This document shows, in pieces, positions 53,664-63,339 of a stretch of DNA of 64,000 nt. The DNA comes from Escherichia phage skuden. The stretch lies in sequence record MN850585.1; one strand, written 5' to 3'. The notes below the pieces were generated by a model. The model ran no database searches, was not told the origin of the DNA, and was given only the letters and a program-made list of their open reading frames with translations. Each line of letters opens with the position of its first letter. Within the stretch, counting starts at the first letter, position 1. A program made the position numbers and the translations under genes.

Positions 53664-54189
53664 GATTTACCTTAGAAATGTTTGTTGCAAATTCACATTT
53701 AGCGATGACTTTCATATTGTTATAGACATCTTGAGAGTATTTCTTAGCTTTAGGAATTTTGTACGAATACCCAGCATTATATGATGCTAAAACTTTTTGT
53801 AAAGTTTTCTTTGACTTTGGTTGACCGTGCACCTTAGTCCAAAATTCAAGCTCTTTGTGTGTTTCCTTTGCAGCATAGTCAAAATCTTTTAAGAGTTTCT
53901 TTTTAGCCACATTAGGACTGATTTTGTTACGCTTTACAACAGTCTTCAAGTGATTCTGGAAGATACCATAGTCATGTGTCTTTTTATTCTCTACATTCAG
54001 ACCTAACTCTGACTCTTGTAAGGCTATAGCAGCTAGAGTGATACCCCAACCTTTACCCATATTATTCTCACCATACTGGTAAGCTTTTAACATGTTTACT
54101 TTTTGGCTAATTGATAGCTCTGGGCAGTCAACTGCATAAGATAAGTGTGCTGTAAACATTAAGCACAAACCTAGAATCAATTTCTTCAT
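53641..54189 (-). CDS. secreted lytic transglycosylase-like protein (SLT fold)
   Basis: 182 aa; signal peptide MKKLILGLCLMFTAHLSYA; motifs QESELG...GIFQ and YNAG. Confidence 0.5.
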   Translation of the reverse strand: MKKLILGLCLMFTAHLSYAVDCPELSISQKVNMLKAYQYGENNMGKGWGITLAAIALQESELGLNVENKKTHDYGIFQNHLKTVVKRNKISPNVAKKKLLKDFDYAAKETHKELEFWTKVHGQPKSKKTLQKVLASYNAGYSYKIPKAKKYSQDVYNNMKVIAKCEFATNISKVNHEKIKKV

Positions 54190-54250
54190 TGGTTCTCCTG
54201 TTTAGTTTATCGTGACAACAATTATACAGCACTCTGCACAAAATACAAAT

Positions 54251-54273
54251 AAAAAAGGCCGCCGAAGCAGCCT
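54251..54273 (-). terminator. rho-independent terminator after rIIB
   Basis: minus-strand RNA AGGCUGC-UUCG-GCGGCCU followed by UUUUUU. Confidence 0.6.
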
Positions 54274-54289
54274 TTTAAGAAATTACTTA

Positions 54290-55402
54290 TTAGATTTCAC
54301 GTTTACGTTGGGAGATTAGTTCACCAGCAGTGCCAACGATGACATGCAAAGCTTCAGTCTTGCCATCCCATTCTTTCAGCACTTTACGTTGGCTATCAAC
54401 GATTGCTGCAACTTCATAACGAGACGAACGCATCTTCATATCGTTGTAATCAGTTGGAACAGATACAACATCTCGTGGATGGACACGAACCTTCAGGATT
54501 GTATCACCTGAGAAGCAACGAACATAATCCCAAGCACCAACATGAAGACCTTGAGAGCAAGTTACGTTACGGTTATTATCAACCATCCAACGTGGCATCT
54601 CTACAATGTTACCCAAATCATTAGGTACTCTGTAGGTATGGGAGTCAACCAGCTTGCCTTCACGAGTAGAGACTTTCTTCCAACCAATGATGTAGCCTTC
54701 TTCATCGATTTCAACATCAAGGTGAGATACGAAGCCCCAAAGTTGTTCTACGGAATCTTTAGATGGGTTTTCCATCAGTTTTTCGAAGAACATTACAAGG
54801 CGTTCAAAACCCTTATCTCCAGTCTTCATCATGTGAAGAATACGGTCAACCAGAGTAGAACGCATCTCAACAGCACCGTAGAATAACTTATCACCTTTGA
54901 TGGTGATAGCGCCCTGAGTGAAGTTTTCGATAGACTTACGAATGTTCATCAATTCAAAGGCTTTTTTGAACTCACCTTTCACAACATGAACTACAATCTC
55001 TTGATAGTTCGGATGAGTAGACTCAACAATTTCAGATTCTGAACCGTAAGTCATAATTACAGAGTCACCAGTAATCATGTACTCAATCTTGTCATCTTTC
55101 TGCATAGCTTCATGCAGTTTATTTACTGGAGCTTTCTGTACAGCGTCTTTAACGACCTTTTCAACTGGTTTGCCAGCTTTCTTTTTAAAAGTCTTAGCAA
55201 CTTGCTTCAAAGTCTTCGTAGCTGGTGTAGAAGTCGCCTTCTTCTTCTTCCCTTTTAAGGTTGCTTCATGACGCTCTACAGCACGACCAACTGAACGGGT
55301 TGAGGTGTTAAATTTCTGTGCAATAGCTGTTTTAGTCAGCTTACCCTCTTTAACCAGTTTGTAAATTTCTGCGTCAATCTGTGCTTTGGTTTTAGTAGTC
55401 AT
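54290..55402 (-). CDS. rIIB: rIIB protein
   Basis: 370 aa; C-terminal two-thirds align to T4 rIIB as recalled (LFYG..E.RS.LVDRIL, ENPSKD, HPRDVVS(V/I)P.DYND.KMR); N-terminal HTH. Confidence 0.85.
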   Translation of the reverse strand: MTTKTKAQIDAEIYKLVKEGKLTKTAIAQKFNTSTRSVGRAVERHEATLKGKKKKATSTPATKTLKQVAKTFKKKAGKPVEKVVKDAVQKAPVNKLHEAMQKDDKIEYMITGDSVIMTYGSESEIVESTHPNYQEIVVHVVKGEFKKAFELMNIRKSIENFTQGAITIKGDKLFYGAVEMRSTLVDRILHMMKTGDKGFERLVMFFEKLMENPSKDSVEQLWGFVSHLDVEIDEEGYIIGWKKVSTREGKLVDSHTYRVPNDLGNIVEMPRWMVDNNRNVTCSQGLHVGAWDYVRCFSGDTILKVRVHPRDVVSVPTDYNDMKMRSSRYEVAAIVDSQRKVLKEWDGKTEALHVIVGTAGELISQRKREI

Positions 55403-55481
55403 CTTATTACTCTCTCTTGTTAGTTAATAAATCATTTTGTGAGGCTATTCTAAGGGGCTTCAAAACCCCTTGTCAAACACT

Positions 55482-57848
55482 TTAATCGTAAATTGTAGTT
55501 CCTTCTGGAACACACTTCACATCAAAACCTAAGAACTTACTCACTTCGATGGGTGACACTTTATTCCAATCTAAATGAGAAAGCAAGAAGTTTTCTTGTT
55601 TTCTTTTTGAAAGATAGTTTGTCAGTTTGATAACCATGCGGTCACCCGCTTTCTTAATCTTTTTGTACAGTTTTGTATCATTGTCAAGGCATGACTTCAA
55701 ATCCTGAAGAACACTGATAGTGTAAGTGTATGCAAACGGTGCAGCCACATACTGAATCTTACCAAAAATTGCCTCAACAGCATTCTCATTGCCTTCTAAG
55801 AAGATGGTTTTGTTTGTATCTCGTGAATAGCAATACCCGCGAGAAATCTTCTTGTTATTAAACGTAAAGTTTCTGGCAATAATCCAACTACTTGTAAGGT
55901 CAAGGACACCATTCATATAGATACGTGTCATATACCTATTATGATTAATCCAGTGAACATCAGTTAAGCTGTCATTCAATAGTTTCTCATCTACTTCAAT
56001 CCAGTCTTCTGGTATCTTTTTCCAATTTGCTTTTCGGAAAACATAGACTGTTTTTCCTATAACATTAGCAATTGTTTTAGCTACATCTTCTGGGGATGAG
56101 CAAAAACATTCACCATCAACTGTGTCACCTACTGCCTTGATATAAAGTTGGGGTTCTTCAATTGTATCTAGGTCTTCTGACACCTCTGTGTATGAAGCTT
56201 TAGTTTCTGATGGAACAGCTTTCCAGAGTTTTACAACACCCCTCACAGCTTCTTTACGCTGATAGTGGTGTTCCTTATCAGACATCTTCACAATCTTTAA
56301 CAAGCTTTTATCAAGTTTATGCAGATTGATTAGGTCGTCTAACTCTTTCTCAGTAGAGAATACAAAGACGATACCATTGTATCTGTGAAACAGACTTGAC
56401 TCACTGGCATAGTCTCGACATGCACCACGCAAGATTTGATTGCGTCCTACAGTCTTCTCAGTACCGTTTTTATTGCGACGGTCATTGATAACAAACAAAA
56501 ACTGTTCAATTTGGCTTTTACGCATTGCGCCAAAGATATTGAACATACTTGCCTCTTGAGTGTAGGAAAGCGATGTTGCACGAATCTTACTCTCTAAAGA
56601 GTTGAACTTAACATAAGCAACTGGATTATAAAGATAATCTACTTTAGGGATGTTGTTTCCGTTCCTATCAACCTTAATATTACCTTTACCGTCACGTTCA
56701 TAGATGACTGAGCCATCTTCTGCGTAGATAATTCCACGACGAATGTTTAGTAATTCTTCTTCCAGAGAATCAAGCTTAACACCACCCCACTCCAGCTTTG
56801 GACACACAGCATTAAACATCTCTCGTGAGTTCAAGCGTAACTCAGCATAAGCCTGTGCAGCATCCATGAGTGTAGGTTGACTATTAACTTTCTTGATAAC
56901 ATCCTTTGTAATTGCTTCAGTTATCTTTTTAGTAGCCTCAATGATAACATTTTTTGTTGTATCATTCATCTGCAATGCTTCACGAGAAGCTGCAATAGCA
57001 ACTGAACCAATAGGCATGTAGATGTTTACAAGGTCTACGCTCCTACGGAAAAATTCTGGTAAGACTTTGAAGAAATCATCACCAAGTAATGCTTCCATGT
57101 TAACAGGGTAGGCAATGTTACCCATCACCACATTAAACTCTGTCCTGTTACCACTAGAACGCCAGCTTTGCTTATGAATCATGGCATCATAAACACCCTC
57201 TTCACGGGCAATGACGTTCATATCTGCTAATACATCGTCGTACACAATATTACTTTCTGGTTTTACAGCAAAGTATGAGTATACATTACCAGCTTCTTCA
57301 AAGAACTTTGAGATACGGTGGTCAGCAACTGCTACACGTACAGCTAAACCATTAGGTTCTTTTGTTGGGTTGGTGGTCAGCTTAGTTACTTGAGGGATAC
57401 CATTCTCAAGATAAACAGAGTACTTATTAACAACACCGTCAACATAGCTAGACACTGTGAATGACTGAGCAATTGCAAATGGTGATTTTGAGCCGATACC
57501 CATTGCACCAATGTAGTCATTAGAGTCATTCTTCGTAGAAGCTCCATAGTTTAGGTACAAACTCATAACTTTATCATGAGTCAATCCAGTTCCAAAATCA
57601 CGAACTTCAAAGTAAGGCTCAAAACGAGTAGGTAAATGCACATGGAACGGGATGTTTTCTTTTCCAGCTTCTTTCTGAGCATCTACTGCGTTACATGATA
57701 GTTCACGAATTACTGCTCGCTCTTTAAATGTATATACACCAGAACTCAGAAGGCTGAACATTTCAGGTGTCATTGTAATCTGTGCTTGAGATGTCTCCAA
57801 AGAAGTTGAACTCTTAATCACTTCTGCGTGGTCGTTTACCATGCGCAT
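55482..57848 (-). CDS. rIIA: rIIA protein (GHKL/HSP90-like ATPase domain)
   Basis: 788 aa; RAVIRELSCNAVDA, RDFGTGL, IGAMGIGSKSPF match GHKL boxes and T4 rIIA N-terminus as recalled. Confidence 0.85.
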   Translation of the reverse strand: MRMVNDHAEVIKSSTSLETSQAQITMTPEMFSLLSSGVYTFKERAVIRELSCNAVDAQKEAGKENIPFHVHLPTRFEPYFEVRDFGTGLTHDKVMSLYLNYGASTKNDSNDYIGAMGIGSKSPFAIAQSFTVSSYVDGVVNKYSVYLENGIPQVTKLTTNPTKEPNGLAVRVAVADHRISKFFEEAGNVYSYFAVKPESNIVYDDVLADMNVIAREEGVYDAMIHKQSWRSSGNRTEFNVVMGNIAYPVNMEALLGDDFFKVLPEFFRRSVDLVNIYMPIGSVAIAASREALQMNDTTKNVIIEATKKITEAITKDVIKKVNSQPTLMDAAQAYAELRLNSREMFNAVCPKLEWGGVKLDSLEEELLNIRRGIIYAEDGSVIYERDGKGNIKVDRNGNNIPKVDYLYNPVAYVKFNSLESKIRATSLSYTQEASMFNIFGAMRKSQIEQFLFVINDRRNKNGTEKTVGRNQILRGACRDYASESSLFHRYNGIVFVFSTEKELDDLINLHKLDKSLLKIVKMSDKEHHYQRKEAVRGVVKLWKAVPSETKASYTEVSEDLDTIEEPQLYIKAVGDTVDGECFCSSPEDVAKTIANVIGKTVYVFRKANWKKIPEDWIEVDEKLLNDSLTDVHWINHNRYMTRIYMNGVLDLTSSWIIARNFTFNNKKISRGYCYSRDTNKTIFLEGNENAVEAIFGKIQYVAAPFAYTYTISVLQDLKSCLDNDTKLYKKIKKAGDRMVIKLTNYLSKRKQENFLLSHLDWNKVSPIEVSKFLGFDVKCVPEGTTIYD

Positions 57849-57876
57849 AATACTTTCCTCTTATTTTACTGTTAAA

Positions 57877-58053
57877 TTACTTATTAAACATTTTACCAGA
57901 ACCACCACAAATAGGGCAACAGCCTGCTCTTGTATACCCTTCTCCGTTGCAGTAATCACACTTCTTGCACTCTACATAGTACTTGCAAAGAAGGTAAACA
58001 AATACTGCTACACTACCAAGTGACAGTAAAATTTCTATCCAATATGCTTGCAT
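57877..58053 (-). CDS. small membrane protein with C-terminal Cys cluster, 58 aa (below track cutoff)
   Basis: hand-translated MQAYWIEILLSLGSVAVFVYLLCKYYVECKKCDYCNGEGYTRAGCCPICGGSGKMFNK. Confidence 0.35.
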   Translation of the reverse strand: MQAYWIEILLSLGSVAVFVYLLCKYYVECKKCDYCNGEGYTRAGCCPICGGSGKMFNK

Positions 58054-58370
58054 GACTCACCTCTCATATTTTTGTAAAGGATAAAGCTTCTGTCATGAAC
58101 GATACTTGTAGATACTGCAAAGTTACTTTCAAGCATCTGTTTGTTTGGATTGTAGAAGCTTTCTTTAAACTCGTCAAGAGCAAACTGGTGATGTTGTGGA
58201 AGACCTTTTACACAAACCTTTATTGTGATTGCTGCTGCAACCTTCCCAGTCAGTTCTTCTTTAGCTGCTACTAAAATTTTGTTAAGGAACTTTTTACCAT
58301 CTTCAGGCTTCTTGATGTTCTCCCAACGTTCTTCTAAGACAATGTTGATGTTCATCTCTTTGATTTTCAT
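58035..58370 (-). CDS. hypothetical protein
   Basis: 111-aa ORF. Confidence 0.45.
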   Translation of the reverse strand: MKIKEMNINIVLEERWENIKKPEDGKKFLNKILVAAKEELTGKVAAAITIKVCVKGLPQHHQFALDEFKESFYNPNKQMLESNFAVSTSIVHDRSFILYKNMRGESCKHIG

Positions 58371-58387
58371 AGTCTTCTCCAGAAATT

Positions 58388-58408
58388 AAAAAGGCTCCCG
58401 TAGGAGCC
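58388..58408 (-). terminator. rho-independent terminator after nadV
   Basis: minus-strand RNA GGCTCC-TACG-GGAGCC then TTTTT. Confidence 0.6.
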
Positions 58409-58423
58409 TCTTATCATATACTT

Positions 58424-60205
58424 TTAAAGCTGCTTGTCAATATTATTTCGAATATCACCAAGAGATGTGTAACCGAACTGCTCAGAGTCACTAAAGACTA
58501 AACGTAAAGCACAAGCTGGATGTTCAAGCACATCTGCAAAGCTCTGGAATCCATAGCCATCTACAGCTTTCAGCTTATCACCATCCCACATAGGTGCTAC
58601 ACCACCAAAAGCAGACTTCTTAACACCACTATCTGTTTTAGGGTCTTTTGCAAGCATAATCTCTTTACCACCAATACTTGCAAGAGTTGCTTTGACAGCA
58701 AATGCAAAGGTGTCACGAGTCATGTACTGGTAAGTGTAAGAACCTACACCAAACACTACGTTAGAGCTTGCAAAACCCATTTCATACAAACGCTTCAAGA
58801 TTTCGTTTGCACGTTCCAACGTGATAGAGTCACCATAAATAAGCCCGATGTGCTCATCCAGTACTTTAAAACCTTTAGAGTTGATAGTTCCTCCAAAGAT
58901 GTTATACAGTGTCTTGATAGCTCCATCAATCTCAGCTACAGGACGTGTTACAACGTTTGCAGAACCAACCATATAAGCATTTTTCAACATCACTGTATCA
59001 GCAACTTCAAAGTCTTCTCTGTCAACAACCATTTCGTAGCCTTCTGATAGTAGCCATCCAGCAATACCATAGCTGATGTTTTCAAGCTTCATGTTCAGAA
59101 CAGCATCCAACATTGTGTCACTAGCTTCCAGCTTGCTTAGGTGCTCGTAATAAGCCTTTTTAGCACACTCTAAGTGGATTGCTTTATAACCTGTGACAAT
59201 GTGTACAGGGTCTCCAGAGTCAGGACGAATTACCAGTTTTCCATCACGTTCCATAATTTCTTTACGAAGTGCTGGTAAAATTTCTGACACAGTTCTCCAG
59301 AAGTTATAAGTGTCTGAAACAACACTTGCAATACCTGTTGGGTAAGTTTCTGTTAAGAAACGACGGAAGGTTTGTAACTCACCTTTAAAGCGTCTTTCTT
59401 CTTCAATCAACTCATTACCACCTTCCCAAGCAATGTTTGCACACATTACAGAGTGCTCAGTGGCTGGTACAGAGCTACCAATATCAGAGATTGGGTAGGA
59501 CTGTCCATAGATTCGTTTAGCCGTATACACAGCAGGGAAGCTATCAGTTCCTTTAAAGCTGGTTAAGTGGCCTACAGCGTTAAATGCGTCATCAGTAAAG
59601 CCGGACATACCACGCATAGCAAAGTCATGGCACTGATAAGGCAAATGCAAGTCGTTGTCACAAGTAAGGTCAGCCCACTTCTTACAGATACGTTTGTAGT
59701 GCAATGCAATAGTTGCAATGGTACAAGCCTTCCAAATCTCAGCAGAGAAAGCATCTTCCAGATAGCCTGCTACCCAATGGAAACCTGAAACAGTGTTCTG
59801 GAAAACAATCATCGGAACACGCATAGGGACAACTGTGCCCTCTTCTACAGCGTATACTTCAACTGGTAGATAACCTAAGTCGTGAAGTGCTTCCCAATGC
59901 TCTCGACCGATAGCATCTTTGCCCAGAACACCATTCATGACTTCTAAGATTTCGTCAATTGCTTCTTTTTTGTCACGTTCAAAGAACGTAGCATTCCAGT
60001 GGTCTATCAAGTAATCTTTAACAAAACGTTGAATACCAAAAGCGACTACACCATCAATTGCTAATGGACTGTTAAACCATTTGTCGCTACGTGGTGTCAG
60101 GTTCAACATAAGATATTGCGTAGCATCTGGATACTGATATATATGTGATGCCTTGTAAGCATCTGCATTAAGACCTGCTGGTACTGCGTAAAGTGACTTA
60201 CTCAT
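58424..60205 (-). CDS. nadV: nicotinamide phosphoribosyltransferase (NadV/Nampt)
   Basis: 593 aa; NADAYKASHIYQYP, HDFAMRGMSG...SFKGTDS, VPATEHS, VVSDTYN, IRPDSGDP align to Nampt motifs as recalled. Confidence 0.85.
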   Translation of the reverse strand: MSKSLYAVPAGLNADAYKASHIYQYPDATQYLMLNLTPRSDKWFNSPLAIDGVVAFGIQRFVKDYLIDHWNATFFERDKKEAIDEILEVMNGVLGKDAIGREHWEALHDLGYLPVEVYAVEEGTVVPMRVPMIVFQNTVSGFHWVAGYLEDAFSAEIWKACTIATIALHYKRICKKWADLTCDNDLHLPYQCHDFAMRGMSGFTDDAFNAVGHLTSFKGTDSFPAVYTAKRIYGQSYPISDIGSSVPATEHSVMCANIAWEGGNELIEEERRFKGELQTFRRFLTETYPTGIASVVSDTYNFWRTVSEILPALRKEIMERDGKLVIRPDSGDPVHIVTGYKAIHLECAKKAYYEHLSKLEASDTMLDAVLNMKLENISYGIAGWLLSEGYEMVVDREDFEVADTVMLKNAYMVGSANVVTRPVAEIDGAIKTLYNIFGGTINSKGFKVLDEHIGLIYGDSITLERANEILKRLYEMGFASSNVVFGVGSYTYQYMTRDTFAFAVKATLASIGGKEIMLAKDPKTDSGVKKSAFGGVAPMWDGDKLKAVDGYGFQSFADVLEHPACALRLVFSDSEQFGYTSLGDIRNNIDKQL

Positions 60206-60221
60206 ATTTTATCTCTCTCTC

Positions 60222-60713
60222 TTAGTTATGTCTTGCAAACTCACCATGAAGTTCTATTCGCTTTTTAATTACAGCTTCTTTTGCTTCTTCTACCGTTTTA
60301 AATCTTCCACAAAAGTATTCTTTATGGTAAAGCATGACTCTTGCTTTGTAAAGACCTGTTTGTTTACAAAAACTTACACCCTTCACACCAGTTTTATTAT
60401 TCTTGTATATACCCCTATTCCTCTGATTTTGTGACTTTGTGCTAAGTCTTAAATTCTCCAACTTATTATTAGATTTATCAAGGTCTATGTGGTCTATCTC
60501 ATATCCACTTGGTATCTCACCTCCAGACATAATCCATGCAATATTATGTGCATAGTACCTCTTCTTATTTATCTGGACTTGGATATAACCCTTCTTAGAC
60601 CTTGTGCCAGCAACATTACCAGCAATAGCGGTATTGCAAAGGGTTACTTTCCAAATTAGTAAACCTGTCTCCGGTTCGTATATTAGGTATTTTTCGAAGT
60701 AACCCTTATCCAT
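60222..60713 (-). CDS. HNH homing endonuclease with AP2-type DNA-binding domain
   Basis: 163 aa; HNH core YYAHNIAW...EIDHIDLDKSNNKLENLRL; C-terminal GVKGVSF...YKARV...FKTVEEA AP2-like; free-standing between nadV and prs. Confidence 0.7.
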   Translation of the reverse strand: MDKGYFEKYLIYEPETGLLIWKVTLCNTAIAGNVAGTRSKKGYIQVQINKKRYYAHNIAWIMSGGEIPSGYEIDHIDLDKSNNKLENLRLSTKSQNQRNRGIYKNNKTGVKGVSFCKQTGLYKARVMLYHKEYFCGRFKTVEEAKEAVIKKRIELHGEFARHN

Positions 60714-60721
60714 TTTAATAC

Positions 60722-61618
60722 CTAATCCAAATTTGCTACAGTAACTTGACTATAATGTGTTAAGCCACGGTCTTTAGCTTCGCCTAAAGAATTTGTAGTG
60801 TAAATATGGTCGATACCGTTGTCAAGAAGGTTTTCAACACCTTTAGAGAAGATACCATGTGTTACATAAAGCTCAACACGTTTTGCACCTGCTTCACGTA
60901 GGTGTTTAGCTGCCTCTACGAAGGTTCGACCACCATCACAGATATCATCAAGAATCATGACAGTTTTATCTGTCAAATCCACATCATCAAGGATTCGCAT
61001 ACCAGTAATTTCACCAGTCTGAAGGTTACGTACTTTAGACATTGTGATGTATGGTTTATCCACCTCTTTAGCAGTCTCTGCAATCTTCTTAGAAGCACCT
61101 GCATCTGGGGCTACTAAGTAATCAACCAGTGGGTCATTTGCATAATGGACTGCAATCTCCTTTTGAGGAATACTCTGGAAGCAATTGAAAAGGTTATCTG
61201 GAACGTAACTATGAGGGTCAACTGCACAGACTGCATCAAAACCCATTGCATTAACCTGTTGTGCAAACACTTTCAAAGCTGCTGCATCACCTTTAAACAT
61301 GTGACGGTCGTAACGTGCATTTGGCAAATAGTAAAAGATAGCAGTCCTCATAGCAAACTTATGAGGTACTAAATCATCAATTGCCTCTTTAGCGAGTGCC
61401 ACAGCAAATAATGTGTCTTTGTCATAACCCTTTACAATCATAATCACGTTGTTGATGGATGATGCAGCATAAGCAGTAAAATCAACAAACTCTGGTGAAA
61501 AATGTCCACCAATCTCACCAGAGGGAAATTGGACGATGTTAAACTCTTCTTCATGAGTCCCTTTAGTTGGTGAATGAACTGTAACACGGATAGATGTTTT
61601 CATAGTTTTCTCTCTCAA
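60722..61618 (-). CDS. prs: ribose-phosphate pyrophosphokinase (PRPP synthetase family)
   Basis: 298 aa; MILDDICDGGRTFVEAAKHLREAGAKRVELYVTHGIFS matches the PRPP-binding loop; LVAPDAG flexible loop. Confidence 0.8.
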   Translation of the reverse strand: MREKTMKTSIRVTVHSPTKGTHEEEFNIVQFPSGEIGGHFSPEFVDFTAYAASSINNVIMIVKGYDKDTLFAVALAKEAIDDLVPHKFAMRTAIFYYLPNARYDRHMFKGDAAALKVFAQQVNAMGFDAVCAVDPHSYVPDNLFNCFQSIPQKEIAVHYANDPLVDYLVAPDAGASKKIAETAKEVDKPYITMSKVRNLQTGEITGMRILDDVDLTDKTVMILDDICDGGRTFVEAAKHLREAGAKRVELYVTHGIFSKGVENLLDNGIDHIYTTNSLGEAKDRGLTHYSQVTVANLD

Positions 61619-61893
61619 TCAAAAGTTACGTTTGTTACTGCCATTGCAGATTTGCATTTTGCAGGGTCTACAACGTGGTAAAGTACACTACAGTTACCTG
61701 TGCTGTCTGGTACAGGTTTTACCCATTGATGCTTTATAGTTGGCTCTCCTAAGTCTTTGTAAGAACCATCTGTAAAGTTGTTTACCATCTCAAGTGCAAT
61801 TGGTTCTGGAACATGACCACGTATCATGTACATCTCACAACCATTACCACCTTCACTGACTAATGGTAAAATCTCCCACTTCTCTTTAGCCAT
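61615..61893 (-). CDS. hypothetical protein
   Basis: 92-aa ORF, start overlaps prs region. Confidence 0.4.
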   Translation of the reverse strand: MAKEKWEILPLVSEGGNGCEMYMIRGHVPEPIALEMVNNFTDGSYKDLGEPTIKHQWVKPVPDSTGNCSVLYHVVDPAKCKSAMAVTNVTFD

Positions 61894-62401
61894 TGTAAGT
61901 TGCCCTATAAACTGTCTCGAACTTCAACAGGAGAGATATTGCCAAATCTGTATAGTTGTTGTCAAGCACATCTGGCATATTATTTTTGATATATTTCTCT
62001 TGCTCTTCATAGGCCATCTTAGGGATGCTTAGAAGACTATCACCTTGATTCTGATTATCAAGTTTAGTCTGAATAAACCAGTTTGCACAGTGATGCTCAC
62101 CACCCTTTGTAACAGGCTTGTGGTGACCTAATGTGAAGGACTGACTACCTGTGTATCTGCAAAGTTTATTGAGCACTGTAATGGTGTTCTTCACGACAAA
62201 CAATTCATACAGATTATCTATAGTGTAATGTGGGTAATAGCGGAATAGTGCTCTTTCACGAGTACTCTCACGATTCCAGAGAATCATGTGATTCGAGTTA
62301 GAAGGGTCGTATTGGTGAGAGTCAATGAACTCTTGACGTTCCTCAAAGCTGAGTCTTAACACTGACATTGCAGCAGAACGTTTCAGGTTTGACAGATACA
62401 T
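61886..62401 (-). CDS. HNH-family endonuclease (putative)
   Basis: 171 aa; His-rich LGHHKPVTKGGEHHCANWFIQTKLDN resembles an HNH core. Confidence 0.5.
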   Translation of the reverse strand: MYLSNLKRSAAMSVLRLSFEERQEFIDSHQYDPSNSNHMILWNRESTRERALFRYYPHYTIDNLYELFVVKNTITVLNKLCRYTGSQSFTLGHHKPVTKGGEHHCANWFIQTKLDNQNQGDSLLSIPKMAYEEQEKYIKNNMPDVLDNNYTDLAISLLLKFETVYRATYNG

Positions 62402-62452
62402 ATTATCTCCAAAATAAAAAGGGAACCTTTACAGTCCCCTTATAGTATCTGT

Positions 62453-62773
62453 TTACTGAGCTACTTTCAAGATGCTTGTAAATGAGATTTCACTCTCATC
62501 CATAAACTCTTTTGCTTCTCCAGTAACTTTTACAAAGTTATCTAGGCAGATAATCTTCTTATCTTTCTTGCTGTAGGTTAGCTTAACCTTTTCAATATCT
62601 TTCTTAGAGCTTTTCTCTTCATTGAAGAGTTTTACAGCCTCTTTAAATGGTAGATATGAGCCGTCATTGTCACTAATGAACCCTGTACCACAATAGTAGT
62701 AGTTATACTCTTTAGCCATAAACTGGCACAGTACGAAAATCTGTAATTTACGAGTATTATAAACTTTGTTCAT
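62453..62773 (-). CDS. hypothetical protein
   Basis: 106-aa ORF. Confidence 0.4.
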   Translation of the reverse strand: MNKVYNTRKLQIFVLCQFMAKEYNYYYCGTGFISDNDGSYLPFKEAVKLFNEEKSSKKDIEKVKLTYSKKDKKIICLDNFVKVTGEAKEFMDESEISFTSILKVAQ

Positions 62774-62775
62774 GA

Positions 62776-63033
62776 TTATTTAGCCTTCTTGTTACGTTTA
62801 CGGTTACGAGCTTTCTTAGCTGCACGTTTAATTGCTGCTGCACCAGTTGGTCGATGTGCTTGTTTTTTACCACCTTTGCCACGACCTACATAGATGCTTT
62901 TCATAATCTCATTAGCTAGTTTCTCATCCATCTTGAAGTTCTGCATGAGATGAGTCACGTCAACACCAGTAAGCATACCTAGTGATGCCAGTGCTGCTTT
63001 TACTTTTGATTTAAAACTATTCCAGATTCCCAT
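62776..63033 (-). CDS. small basic protein
   Basis: 85 aa; Lys/Arg-rich C-terminus. Confidence 0.4.
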   Translation of the reverse strand: MGIWNSFKSKVKAALASLGMLTGVDVTHLMQNFKMDEKLANEIMKSIYVGRGKGGKKQAHRPTGAAAIKRAAKKARNRKRNKKAK

Positions 63034-63302
63034 TTAGTATCTCTCTCAATCTTTTCACAAAATGTTTTGAGTTCTTCTTCAGTGACACCAACAACACTGT
63101 CACCAACGTTTAAATTTGTTTTGTAGAACATTGTAAAGTGGCCTTTACCAACAACTTCGAATGTTCCAGCCTTCTCAATCTCTGCTAAGGCTTCCATTCC
63201 AACATTACCGAAAAGTGAGTTTGTATACTTTTTCCACTCATCAAGGAGTTCGGTCTTAACCTTATAAGTGCCTAATAAAGCACTATTAAAAGAGATAATC
63301 AT
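63000..63302 (-). CDS. hypothetical protein
   Basis: track ORF 63000..63458 overlaps nrdG; probable start MIISF at 63302. Confidence 0.4.
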   Translation of the reverse strand: MIISFNSALLGTYKVKTELLDEWKKYTNSLFGNVGMEALAEIEKAGTFEVVGKGHFTMFYKTNLNVGDSVVGVTEEELKTFCEKIERDTKWESGIVLNQK

Positions 63303-63339
63303 TATCTCACCTTTCCCGTAGCCAATTTTACGACGAGAT

